64,000 nucleotides of DNA from Hemiscyllium ocellatum (GCF_020745735.1 NC_083409.1:20408098-20472097), one strand, 5' to 3'. Numbered from the stretch's first letter, positions 12,570-24,270 are shown. Numbers and translations are program-made. Notes: generated by a model not told the origin, from the sequence alone.

Positions 12570-12830
12570 ACAAGTGAGAATTCAAACAGACACCCGCTCC
12601 ACCAAACAGTGTTGAAGATGCACTGTCCTCATCAAAACACGTTTGTAAACCTCTTCATAACACGTAAGATGAGAGAAACATTGTAAAATGTATTACCATG
12701 AGTGAGGGTCCATTAAAACAAGGACCATGATGTTAAACGCTCATAGCGGTAAACAAACTGGTGTATTTACATCTTTGTCTTTTTAAACAATATTAAAATC
12801 TCTGCCAAGCATTTTCCTGCAGACAGTCTA
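12570..12830 (-). repeat. Partial fourth copy of the duplicated-unit module (corresponds to ~18560-18790)
   Basis: Aligns by eye with 37060-37290 (gtgttgaagatgcactgtcctcat...ataacacgtaag...ccatgatgttaaa). Lacks the conserved core. Confidence 0.65.
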
Positions 12831-12849
12831 TTTAAAATATCAAGAGGCT

Positions 12850-13275
12850 GTTGTAGTTCTGTTCGCCGAGCTGGGAATTTGTGTTGCAGACGTTTCGTCC
12901 CCTGTCTAGGTGACATCCTCAGTGCTTGGGAGCCTCCTGTGAAGCGCTTCTATGATATTTCCTCTGGCATTTATAGTGATTTGAATCTGCCACTTCCAGT
13001 TGTCAGTTCCAGCTGTCCACTGCAGTGGTCGGTATATTGGGTCCAGGTCGATGTGCTTATTGATTGAATCTGTGGATGAGTGCCATGCCTCGAGAAATTC
13101 CCTGGCTGTTCTCTGTTTGGCTTGTCCTAAAATAGTAGTGTTATCCCAGTCGAATTCATGTTGCTTGTCATCTGCATGCGTGGCTACAAAGGATAGCTTG
13201 TCGTGTCGTTTTGTGGCTAGTTGGTGTTCATGGATGCGGATCGTTAGCTGTCTTCCTGTTTGTCCTATGTAGTAG
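12850..13275 (-). mobile_element. Penelope/Poseidon-type element 3' end
   Basis: GIY-YIG C-terminal region (RIHEHQLATKRHD...HEFDWDN...AREFLEAWHS) followed by the pLTR. Confidence 0.85.
12889..12923 (-). ncRNA. Hammerhead ribozyme motif of the second (Poseidon-type) Penelope family
   Basis: Minus strand CUGAGGA-U-GUCACC-UAGACA-GGGGAC-GAAAC-GUC. The core and GUC triplet are intact, and helix I has about 3 bp (GCA/UGC). Confidence 0.6.
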
Positions 13276-13289
13276 GACTAGCTATCCTG

Positions 13290-13500
13290 TGACACTGTAG
13301 AGAGAGCCTCACTCTGTACCCAACCTAGTGCTGTCCCTGTCCTGGGGGATTTTGAAGAGGACCGTGTGGAGACAGCTTAATTCTGTATCTTACTTTGTCC
13401 CTGTCCTGGGTGCCTTTCGTGGGAACAGTATGGAAAGGGCGATACTCTGTATCTAACCCAATTCTGTCCCTGCCCAGGGGGACTGTTTGATGGGGATGCT
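13290..13500. repeat. Three degenerate ~70-bp satellite units (ctgtccctgtcctggg family)
   Basis: Recurring ctgtccctg(t/c)cc(t/a)ggg...actctgta(t/c)c(t/c)aacc. One unit of the same family lies in each kappa 3'UTR (~25750-25822 and ~56765-56830). Confidence 0.65.
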
Positions 13501-13841
13501 GCTGACTTGTAATACCAAGCATAATCTTTCAAAGATACTGAAGACTGTCAGCTGTATAAAAACAATGTGAACCTCAGAAGTCCCTGCTTCAGTAAACCAG
13601 ATCTCCTTCCTACTCAGCCGCCAGTTCCAATTTAAGGTTTTGTCACTGTTTAAAGGGACAGGATTCTCAGGTTATTGAGAAAATCTCTGCAAGTGTTTTC
13701 CTCAAGCTCCATTGTGGCTGTGAATTTGAGCAGCTTCCTCTGTCTGGGCTGTTAATTGCTGACTGTTTTCTGTCAATGTCAATCTGGAAAGGGGAATAAA
13801 GATGAAGAAGATACAGTCTTTGTCTCGTGTGTGCTTTGGAA
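13500..13841 (+). repeat. Orphan inverted paralog of the Ig kappa 3'UTR including AATAAA
   Basis: Reverse complement of ~25403-25745. AATAAA at ~13795 and the GU-rich downstream element are retained, but no C exon precedes it. Confidence 0.85.
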
Positions 13842-14199
13842 ATGGCCGGAGCTGAATCCTCAGGGAAAGGGTGTGTGAAGTGTTAACCTCCACCCTCAAG
13901 GCACGGAACACAAGGGGGAGAATAGAGAGGGCAATGGGGTCCCGGGAGCAGGAGGGCAACACTACAGTTAGGGCAGAAGGGCACTTTCAGCAGCAATGCA
14001 GGGCCTGAGAAAATCTTCCTCAATAAATGGGGAAAAGAAGAAAGGTATGTTGGAGTTCAGAAAGATCGAAGAATGATGCTGAGAGTAAGCTGAACTCAGA
14101 GTGTAGATGGGAAAGATCCAAACCCAGAGTGGGGAGGGTACCTTTCACTCCATAACCACCCATCCACCATGGTGGTGCTCTGAAGGGGCAGTACCCATC

Positions 14200-15100
14200 C
14201 TGAATACCTGTGTCTGATGATGTATACTGAATGGGGAAGAGCCTGTGTCCATATGTGTGTGGGTGGGGAACAGGGAACATATCGAGTAGACCCTGTTATA
14301 TCTCATCCATCCATCAAACCCACTTGGACCAGCCCTCTCCCGTGGAGAACGAACTGAAGGGGTTCACAGGGGAACTCTGTGATGGGAGGGTATCAAAACC
14401 CTGGAGTGTAAGGATGGGCTCCCTGGGCACTCAATGGCAGTGTATCTGAACATAATGGAGTGAGCTCACTCAGGGAGTGTTCAGAGCAGATTGGAACATT
14501 GCTGTCAGACTGGCAGTGGGTCATTACACAGTTGGTCATTTTGAACATGTTCTGGTCCATATCGGGGCAGGGAGGACTGATGACCAGGAAAAGTTCACCT
14601 TCACGTTTAAAGACCAATAATATTGGTGGAGCTGTCTGCCCCAAGCGTTTCCCAATAGTCCCTCCATCTTCCAGCAGAGCATGGCACAGGGCTGTGAGAG
14701 TTCAGGTCAGCTCCCCCAAACAGTTTGGACAGTGTATCTGACTTGCTGCTGTTTGTGGGAACTGAGAAGGAGGACTTGTCCCTTTGGGATGACAGAACTC
14801 TCAGGAGTTGCTCAGAGGGATCCCGATGTTGATTCTTTCCCTGGAATAGCAGGTGAAAAGCTGCTGCATTGATCGGGCTCCTTGATGCCACACCCCATCA
14901 AAGAGGCCTTGATGTCAAGGGCTGTCACTCTGCCCTCACCTCACTCGCATGGTCAGGGAGGACTCAGTCCACTGACTCACATTTATCTGAATGAATTCCA
15001 CTTGTTACTGATCAGCCCATCTGACCCTCCCAGCCCGTCTGTATCCTCATGTCGCCTTGTACTGCTTCGGGACACCCCCATTCGGGAAGGTCAATAAATG
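14200..15100 (+). mobile_element. Highly decayed endogenous retrovirus pol remnant (protease, RT, probable integrase)
   Basis: Protease-like CVHMCVGGEQGTYRVD (~14260-14300). RT motifs ILNMFWSI (~14537), DQEKFTFTFKDQ*YWWSCLPQAFPNSPSIFQQSM (14582-14683) and a decayed YVDD as SVSDLLLF (~14730). An IN-like LVLLRDT lies near 15060. Confidence 0.75.
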
Positions 15101-15479
15101 GAAAGCACAAAAACTTTAAATCAGATACTGAAGACAATCGCTGGTTTAATACAAGGATGGGTATCTTTCATTTGTTAATGGGATCAACATTTCTTTATTG
15201 AGTTAAAGTGACTCAGGTTAAATACATCTGTAGTGAATGTATAATTCTACAACAACCCCCACACAGGGTGTTGGGATTGGAGGCTGAGTTGAAATAATTG
15301 GTGATACATCAGGGAGATGCAGAGATACCTGGAGACTTTGTCCCAGAAGGATGTTATAAGTCTCAGGACCAGGCAGTCCAATTCCATGTGTGGGAAGGGG
15401 CAGGAGGGTATGACAATGAGGAGGGCAGGTAAGGATTTGGAGAATAGTGTAGGACAGGAAAACCCCTCACTCTTGGTGT

Positions 15480-16120
15480 AGTTGTGGGTATGCTCACCGA
15501 GCTGGGAAGTTGATTTGTAGACATTTTATCCTCTGTCTAGGTGACATCTTCAGAGCTTTGGAGCTTCCTGTGAAGCGCTGTTGTGTTGTGTCTTCTGTAA
15601 TTTATTTGGTTCCATTCCTGCTGTTTCCGGTTACTGGTTCCTGATGTTCATTGCAGTGGTCGGTATACTGGGTCTAGGTCATTGTGTTTATTGATGGAGC
15701 CCATGGATAAGTGTCATGCCTCTAGAAATTCTCTGGCTGTCCTCTGTTGAGCTGGTCCTATGATCATAGTATTGGCCCAATCGAATTTGTGGTCCTTGTC
15801 ATCTGTGTGTATAGCTACTAGGGACAGCTGCTCATGGGGTTTAGTGGCTCGTTGGTGCTCATGGATGTGGATGGCTAGTTGTCTGCCTGTTTGTCCGAGG
15901 TGTTTCGTGCAAACATTGCATGGATTCTTGTAAACTACATCTGTCTTCCACATGGTAGTGTGCCTTTTGTTCTTGTGAGTTGTCTGAGCCTGTCTGTCAG
16001 TTTCTGGCCAGTTTATGAGTGGTTGGTGAAGTCTAGCTGTCAGTTCTGTGATGTTTTTATATAAGGTAGCATGGCTAGTGAGTTAGGTCGTGGCATGTCC
16101 CCATCGCGTTGTTTGTCTGT
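15480..16120 (-). mobile_element. Penelope/Poseidon-type element 3' part
   Basis: ORF 15714-15953 (CTKHLGQTGRQLAIHIHEHQ...FDWAN...AREFLEA). The hammerhead core is mutated. Confidence 0.85.
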
Positions 16121-17845
16121 TATGCATCTGTGGATGAAGTTGTGGGAATATCTGCTCTTGGCAAAGTCTTTGTAGAAGTGTTCTTCTTTTTGCAGATTGG
16201 GAGTGCTGCAGTGTTGTGTAGCCCTTTAGAACAGGTTCCTAATGCAGCTTCTCCTGTGTGTGGGGAGGGATCAGGCAGAGAGGAAGAGTCAGTGCAGCCA
16301 TTGTGCAGCATCCAGTGTCGAGTTGTCCCATTTCCAATCCCACTGCAATGTCATTGTTTGCCCTCGACACCAAGCAGATGCTCCCATCACAAGAGGCTCC
16401 ATGGCCCTGAGGACTGTGAGAGTGAGCCCTGTCCTTTCAGCTCGATCATGAAGCTCCAGCCTTCCTGATGTGGTGGCAGCCAGGAGAACCCTGCCCATGG
16501 GAGATTCCACACACACTCCCTCCCTCCCTGCAGGGAACGATTATTCCATGGCCCTGCTTTCTCTCCAAACTGATCCAAATTCAAGTGTTGCTGAAAAAAA
16601 AAGAGACATTTTGTCAAAGCTTTTGTCTTGCACACAACAAGACAATTTGTAAGAAATAGCGCAGCAAAAGAATGGAGATCCCATTGGGTCAGGCAGCATC
16701 CATGGAGAGAAAGCAAGGCAAAATGAAATGCTTTCACAAGAAGGGTTTTGTCTCACTCAAGTACTATATTCTCAAATGACTATTTGATCCTGATTTCCTT
16801 TTTTGCTTCAGGCCTGTTGAAATTCTAAAAAGTAATTCTGTCTTTTTTTGAATGGAGCACTCTGTTTATCATCATTCATCGTTAAGTTCCAATAACTGCA
16901 TCAAAATGTTTTTCCTGATCTCTTTTCTGTACCTGGTATATGACTGGAGAATATGTCATTTTGCCTTTCAGTTTGTCTGCACTGATAGTAAATCTACATT
17001 TACTGTGTTTATTTGTTTAAGAATTTTTGAACATCAGAATACCCTCCCTCCACTGTCGAGATCCTGTTCTGGCCTTCGTAGAATCACTGAATTGAGGAAT
17101 TCCTACAGAGTGGAAGCAGGCCACACAGCCCAGCAAGCTCATACCGACCCTTTGAAGGCCATGCCACCCAGACTCACACCTCCCCCACCCTATTCCTGTA
17201 ATCCTGCATTTTCCATGGCATTTTCGATTTGCTAGCCTGCACATCTCTTGTGACCCTAGATCCCCTGTCCATGTCCCATTATGTATTGCCCCTCAAAGCA
17301 GCCCCCAACTGTGCACCATTCTAGCCATGACCTAACCATTCTTCAGGACAGCATGAGAGAGCAGCTGATTAAAGCAGATTCCATATCAACATGAACATAG
17401 AATACAGCGTGGATGTGAAAAGCATGTTTCCTTTTCAGGGAGAATATCAAATTAAAACAAGTTCCCTCATAGAAGACCGAGATAAGCAGGGTTTTTTTTT
17501 TCTTGCATAAGGTCATAGATCTTTGGAACTCTTCATCAAACATAGAAATGAAACCTCTGAATGCTTGTAGTGAAGAAGTAGATACCCATTGCTTACCAAG
17601 AATCTATCAGAGTAAGGCAAGAATGTGGAATAATCAGGTCAGCCATGGGGAACAGGCTCAAGAGGATGAATCTCCTTCCTCTGCCCCTAACTCATTTGAC
17701 CGTGTGTCCAGTTCCACCGTTGAAAGAACAGCGCCTTGAAAGCTTGTGGTTTTCAATAAAGCAGCTGAAGTGGCTGCTGGTTTGTGTGGGCACGAATGGA
17801 AGGGGACTTTACCCATAATCCTCAGCAGCAGTGCAAGCGCTCTCT

Positions 17846-17862
17846 CGCCACTAGAGGGCAGC
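17846..17862 (+). promoter_or_regulatory. CTCF-binding motif
   Basis: CGCCACTAGAGGGCAGC matches the CCACYAGRGGGC core. It is identical in the paralog, with neighbouring CpGs preserved. Confidence 0.7.
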
Positions 17863-18949
17863 TGCTTCACTGTCCTTGATCAGTAAAAAATAAACTGGGA
17901 CTCTGCTTGGAGCTAACAGGCTCAATCTGTAGAGACCCATAGAGAGACAGTGCAGCTTTAGAAGTAGGGTACTGAGGGCACCACAATGAAAATGTCCCCT
18001 GTGATAAGAAAAGTACATTGATGTGACTTTTGTTTGTCTTCACAGTGTGTTGTTTTGTCCATTCTGTGAAACACGTAGATGATGTCAGTACTGAGTGGCA
18101 CAAAGTATATTTCCTCCTCTAACCCCTTTCCAAAACACCCTCTCCATCTTGCTTTACTCCTTATTGACTCTGGTACAATTGTTCCTGTTCCCTCACTCCG
18201 TCCCGGTCCCAGAGGGATTGACGGCCGGAGTTCATGACCCCGCACTGTGTGAAGGTCAGTGTGAAGTGAGGCCAGTGTGCTGGAGCTTGGGTCCTGCCTC
18301 AGGCCCAGGTGTAGGGGTCTCTTCAACAATCTGCACATTGTCCTTTTTCTCTTTCTGACCGTACTGGAGTTTTCAAGCTGCAGTAACTTGCTGGTAACAA
18401 ACTGCCTTGACTCAGTGTTCCCAGCAATGGACAGATCTCTGCTGTTGATTTTTTTTCTCTCTCTTGAATCAGCTCTGTATTCAGTGCCTGTTTTCATTTT
18501 GTTAGAGTTCATATGTCAGCTAACGCTTCCTTGCCATGGACTTGGAAAAAAATCAATGCCTCTTGAGATTTAAATCATTTAACACTCCAATGATGTGAAT
18601 GCATCAGTGTTGTTTATAGCAGGGAGCATTTAACATCATGGTTCTAGGTTTTAATGGATCCTCTCTCGTGATAATACAGTTTGCAATGTTTCTCTCCCCT
18701 TACGTGTTATTCAGATGCTTGCAAACCTGTTATGATGAGGACAGTGTGTCTTCAACAACGTGCAACAGAGTGGATGGGTGTTTGATTTCTCATCTCATTA
18801 TCGTCCAGTTTCCAAAGAAAATGCTGCAGTCTTTGAAATGAGATTATCTATAATGTGTTTGGATTTTAGTTTTGCAATACCAATTTTCATAAACAATATC
18901 CTGTTCCATTTTGTAGTTATGTTTGTCAATGAATGTTCCCTGAGAGACT

Positions 18950-19330
18950 GAGAGTTTATACAACACGCCATTTGCCTGTGACCCAGTTGTTGGCTGAAGC
19001 CTCTGGTTGTTCGGTGAGTCCAAGGCATTGCCTTGCTCTCTGCAGTTATACCATCAACTTGGTTTCTCAGTGTGAGCCAGGAGACCACTGCGTGGTGACT
19101 TCCTGTTCCACTGTCGGTGTAAAGGCAAGTGTCGAGGTTCATCCCATCATGAACATCAGAACATCCTGCTCAGCTGGAACAACATCCACTGACTCATTTC
19201 TCTGGCCACCATCGCAGTAAAACCAAATCTCTCCCTTTGTCAGCACAAAGAGAATGTGCCCATCAGATTCCCTCGTGTGTGATGGTTTAGCCCAACAGGA
19301 GCAGCACTGGTAGACCATGCTGCGTCAGCC
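18950..19330. promoter_or_regulatory. Conserved enhancer-like core (copy 1)
   Basis: YY1-type CGCCATTT at 18966-18973, Ets ACTTCCTG at 19098-19105 and AP-1/IRF composite TGACTCATTTC at 19190-19200. All three are kept in three copies. Confidence 0.45.
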
Positions 19331-20739
19331 TAGACAGAAACCTGGGCAACCTCCAAATGATAGTGTGATCTTCAATGGATCTGCTGCTACAGGAAATATG
19401 TAATTGGAATCCTTGTTAATGAATCACCTCATCAAACCTAAATACAACTGAGAAAATATAAACCAAACCAATTTCCCAAGGTCACAACACAACAAGAAAG
19501 TAGGGAACAGACAGTTACTGTCCCCTGTCTTTAGGGAGCGTTGCTTTTCCTATCCCCTCTCTCTCTCTGGGTTAAAATTTTTACCATCCCTTCTGTGTGA
19601 GAATATTACTATTCCTGTCCCCAATCTCTTGGGGACAGGTGGGGATGTCACATCCACCCAGTTCATTTGTTCCATTTACTCTTCTGAAATGGGGAATCCC
19701 TGCTTCACCATGTGTGTGAGCCATGTGTGGAAGTCCAGCACAGCTCACCCTTCATCTCAATCAGATCACAAGGGTCTAAGGTTGGTCAGTACTGTCTGGA
19801 CCAGACAAAAGCACTGACTGACTGGAGACAATTCAGATCAAGTCCCAGTGAGACTGCTATTGACCTTCACCCTCAAAGCCCACTGAGGATGTGGTCATTA
19901 GACCCAGTGTTGTCACAAAGTAAGTTCTCCCAGAGATTCATGATCCATTCTAGATTTTACACAAGTGTGCGATGTTGTTGGATGACAGGTGGGAAGGCTT
20001 AGAGACAAAACATAAAAGGAGAGAGAATTATGTTTCTATGATGCCGTTTTTGAGCTTGCATGTTGGAAAACGTTTTACAGCCAATTCAATACTTCCGAAG
20101 TCCAGGCATTGTTGTGATGTGGGAATTGTGACAGCCTGGCCAAGGTAGACCATATGGCAGCACTACCCAGAAACTGGAGGCTGCTACTGCAGGCAGGGGA
20201 CAAACCAATTCTGCTGTGAGGGAAGAACACTGGAGCACACAAGAACATGAGAAATTGAAGCAGGAGTAGGACTGCAATGACTGTCCATCCTTTCTTAAAT
20301 ACAGGGACCAAAAGTGCACACAATACTTCAAATGCAGGCTCACTAACACCCTATAAAGTTTTAACAAGACTTCTCTACTTTTAAATTCCAACCCCAGACA
20401 ATAATGGTGAAAATTCCATTCACCTTCTCAATTACTCGCTGTACATGCACTAACTTCCAGTGTTTCATGCACAATGCTACCCAGATCACTCTGTACTGCA
20501 CTTTGTTGGAATCTCTCGCTATTTAAATACTAGTCGGCCTTTCGATTATTCCAAACAAAGTGCATGGTCTCACACTTTCTGATATTAAATTCAAACTGTG
20601 TATGAGTGTTTCATTTCCAGTTTGGTGTTCTCTTTGTGATTGACTGACTCAATGTATCTGTCTGTAGTGTGTCCCATTCCTATTTGTTGATGGCCCTGAC
20701 ACTTGATTGTCCAGCCCTTTCCTGCTGGTTCCATTCAAT

Positions 20740-23205
20740 GACAGGCAGGAGGTTGGAGGAACACAGCAAGCCAGGCAGCATCAGGCGGTGAAGAAGTTGA
20801 TGTTTTGGGTGTAACCCTTCTTCAGGAATGACGGTGGGTGTAGGCGAAGCTGCAGATAAAGGGGGTGGCGGGAGCAGGGTGGAGAATGGGGATAGATGAA
20901 GACAGGCAGAGGACACGACCTGGTTCGTCAATGGAAGGAATGAATCTGTTTGGTGGCAGAGAGGAATGAAAGAGATGGGAGGGGCTGGGGAGGGAGTCAG
21001 GGGATGGGAAGGGAAGGATTTTGAAATTGGAGAACTCAGTGTTGAATCCTCTGGGCTATAGATTGCCCAGGCGGAAGATGAGGTATTGTTCCTCCAATTT
21101 GTGGTTTGGTTCATTGTGGCAATGGAGGAGGCCAAAGATGGTCATGTTGATTAGATTAGATTACTTACAGGATGGAAACAGGCCCTTCAGCCCAACAAGT
21201 TCACACTGACCTGCCAAAGCACAACCCACCCAGACCCATTCCCCTACATTTACGCCTTCGCATAACACTATGGGCAATTTAGCATGGCCAATTCACCTAA
21301 CCTGCACATTTTTGGACTGTGGGAGGAAACCGGAACACCCGGAGGAAACCCACGCAGACAGGGGGAGAATGTGTAAACACCACACAGTCAGTTGCCTGAG
21401 GCGGGAATTGAACCCGGAGGAAAGGGAGTGGGAAGGGGAATTAAAATGGGTAGTGACTGGGAGGTCTGGTCGGCCCCTACAGGCCCAGCTGAGATGCATG
21501 ACCAACCGCTGCCTAAGTTTATGTTTGGTCTTCCCGATGTCGAGAAGACCACATCGCTGTCACCTGATGCAGTAAACTAGGTTGGAGGAGAGGCAGGTGA
21601 ACCTCTGTCTCACTGGAAGGACTGTTTGGGGCCCTGGATGGAGGTGCTGGGGTTGGTGTACCAGCAGGCTTTGCATCCTTTCTGTTTGCAGGGGAAGGTA
21701 CCTGGGGGTTCAGGAGAGATGGTGGAGAGAGTGGTGCAAACCAAGAATTGTCAAAGGGAACAGTCCTTGTGGAAGGCAGACAGGGGTAGGGTGAGGAAGA
21801 CATTCTTGGTGGTGGGGTCTTGTTGGGGTTGGCGGAATAGGATGATGTGTTGGATACAGAGATCGGTTTGGGTGATAGATGAGGACAATGGGCACTCTGT
21901 CTTTATTCTGTTTGGAGGGGGTGGGTTTAGAGCAGTCGAACGGGAAATGGAGGTGATGCGATGGATGACAGAGGGAGCAAAAGCATGTTGTTTGAAATAG
22001 GTGGACATCTGGAATACTTGGGAGTGGAATGTCTCCTCATCCGAGCAGATAGAGCAGAGGTGGAGGAATTGGAAGAATAGGATGGAGTTCTTGCAGGATA
22101 CTGGGTGGGAGAAAGTATAGTCCGGGTAATAATGGGAGTCTGTGAGTTTGCAGTAAATGTCGATCTGAACACTGTCACCGGAGATGGGAATGGAGAGGTC
22201 AGTAAAGGGGAGGGCGGTGTCCGAGGTGGACCAAGTGAATTTGAGAGTAGGTTGGAAGTTGTGGGCGAAGACGATGAACTGCTCCAGTTCAGCCTGGGTG
22301 CAGGTCACTGCACCAATGCAGTCATCGATGTAATGGTAGAAGAGCTGGGGCACAGTGCCTGTGTAGGCACTGAAGAGGGACTGTTCAGCATAGCCAAGAA
22401 AGGGGCAGGGGGAGCTAGGGCCCATCCAGGTACTCATAGCCACCCCTGGATTTAGAGGAACTGGGAGGAGTTAAAGGAAAAGTTGTTGAGGGTGAGGACC
22501 AGTTCGGCCAGATGGAGGAGGGTATTGGTGGAGGGGGATGTCACATCAATGGTCAGCAATGAAGAAATTGTGTGTACACAGCTGGTGGTGGGGGGTGGGG
22601 GTGGGGGGTGACCAAGTGGAGGAGGAAGGTTGGAGGTGGGAGAAGGGGTCCTCAGAGGGAGTTTGGGAGTTTTTGTTAAAGAAGAAGACACGGAGGTAGA
22701 GGCAGCGGAAGAAGAGCTCCACGTCCTGGTGAGTGCGGGATTTTTTGAAGTGGGGAATGAATGTGAGCCCTTTTCTCAGGATGAACCTTTTGGCCGCAGA
22801 GAGTTTGAGATCGTGGGGGGATAATATTATAAGGGGCAAGGCTTGGGGTGGGGGACGAGGTTTTCAGGGGGGTCCAAGATGGCTGAAGGAGGGGAGGTGG
22901 CAAGGGTGATGGGAATGGGAGAGAATGGGTGTGGGAGAGAAAGGAGATTGGGGCGGAGGTGGGTTATGGAGTGAGGTGTGGGACTGGGAAGGTGGAGATG
23001 AGGTGAAGAGGGAGAAGTGGAGGGATAGGGTGCACTGTGGGGGTGGATGGGTGAGGAGGGAGAGGGAGTATGCTGGCTGGCTGCAGGTAGGCAGTTGGAC
23101 TCAGGGGGACTCTGGGAATTGTAGTCTCAGTCTTGGTTGCAGAGTGGGAGGGGCCAGAAGTGGAGGCAGAGGTTGGAGTGAAGTCAAGGCTGGTTTGGGT
23201 GTTTT
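20740..23205 (-). mobile_element. Decayed Penelope-like element (RT + GIY-YIG), internally deleted
   Basis: AMSTWMGPS...YIDDCIG RT motifs, N-terminal LRKGLTFIP...ELFFR, pLTR at ~20740-20830. Confidence 0.9.
21150..21415 (-). mobile_element. HE1-type SINE, 5'-truncated, specific to copy 1
   Basis: (TTAGA)n tail and V-SINE core. Absent from the orthologous position (~51100) of copy 2. Confidence 0.85.
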
Positions 23206-23209
23206 GACT

Positions 23210-23500
23210 CCGGTTCAATTCCAGCCTCAGGCAACTGTCTGTGTGGACTTAGCACATTCTCCAAGTGTCTGTGTAGGTTTCCTCTGGGTGCTCTGGTTTC
23301 CTCCCACAATCTAAAGATGTGCAGGTTAGGTGAATTGGCCATGCTAAGTTGCCCATAGTGATCAGGGATGTGGAGGTTAGGCTCATTAGTCAGGGGAAAA
23401 GCAGAGTAATAAGATTGGGTCTTGGGAAGGTTACTCTTCCAAGGGTCAGTGTGGACATGTTGGGCCAAATGGCCTGTTTCCTCATAGTAGGGATTCTATG
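23210..23500 (+). mobile_element. Old HE1-type SINE fragment
   Basis: B box ggttcaattcc plus V-SINE core. Shared with 53555-53845. Confidence 0.8.
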
Positions 23501-24199
23501 ACAGTCCATTCCAGATTCCCACCACCCATTGAGTGAAAAAGTTCTTCACCAAATCTCATTTGCGGTGTCCATAATGAAACCTTTCAAACCATTCATTTTG
23601 TCTAGTGTCATTTAGCTCTTGAGCTCCTTGTTCAATAAATGTTTTATTCTTTTTGATAAAATATGAGTTCTCTGACAGGGACAGTTAAATTTGTCCAATC
23701 AGGGAGCTTTGGCTGACAGATAGAAAGAGGCATGTCAGAAGGACTGATACTCTGGGACCTGACTCTGAATAACAACCTGCCAACCAACCCCCTCCTTCTG
23801 TCACCCTCAATCTCCCCATGCTTACTCTTGTTTCACCTTCAATCCAGCCTGTGCTGCCTTTGGGAGAGGTTGGCCTTCCCTCCATCACCCAGGAATACGG
23901 TCATTATCCCAGAGCAGTCACACTTTTAACCTGAGGGTCATCACAGCTGGGGCAGGGGGAGAGAAGGTGGCACCTTCATGGTGGTCATACCTGTCATTAA
24001 TCCACCGCAACCTCTCTTGGGGCTGCAAGAATTCAACCTCCCTCCCTCCCTGGAAGGTAATATTGCTGCACCTTGTTTTGGGTTAATTAACCACTGAAAT
24101 ATGACTATGGGGAGCCAGCATTGGCTGGGCAGGCAGCCACGATTGACCCTGGATTCAGAAAGTCCCCTTGTAATTGGACATCACATTAGGGAGCACAGT

Positions 24200-24270
24200 C
24201 TAGATTAGAGTAGTGCTGGAAAAGCACAGCAGGTCAGGCAGCATCTGATGAGCAGGAAAATCGACATTTC
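24200..24270. mobile_element. Short Penelope pLTR fragment specific to copy 1
   Basis: Flanked by duplicated GGGAGCACAGT. The site in copy 2 (~55680) is empty. Confidence 0.7.

Noticed and set aside
16109-16468. Cys-rich 119-aa ORF after a strong acceptor at ~16194
   Set aside because: No donor or domain pattern that I can support; it begins in a Penelope fragment.
17958-18512. 184-aa minus-strand ORF in the duplicated module
   Set aside because: Its length depends on a 1-nt deletion unique to copy 1 (gcaggaccc versus gcaggagccc in copies 2 and 3). The frame is not conserved and has no recognisable domain.
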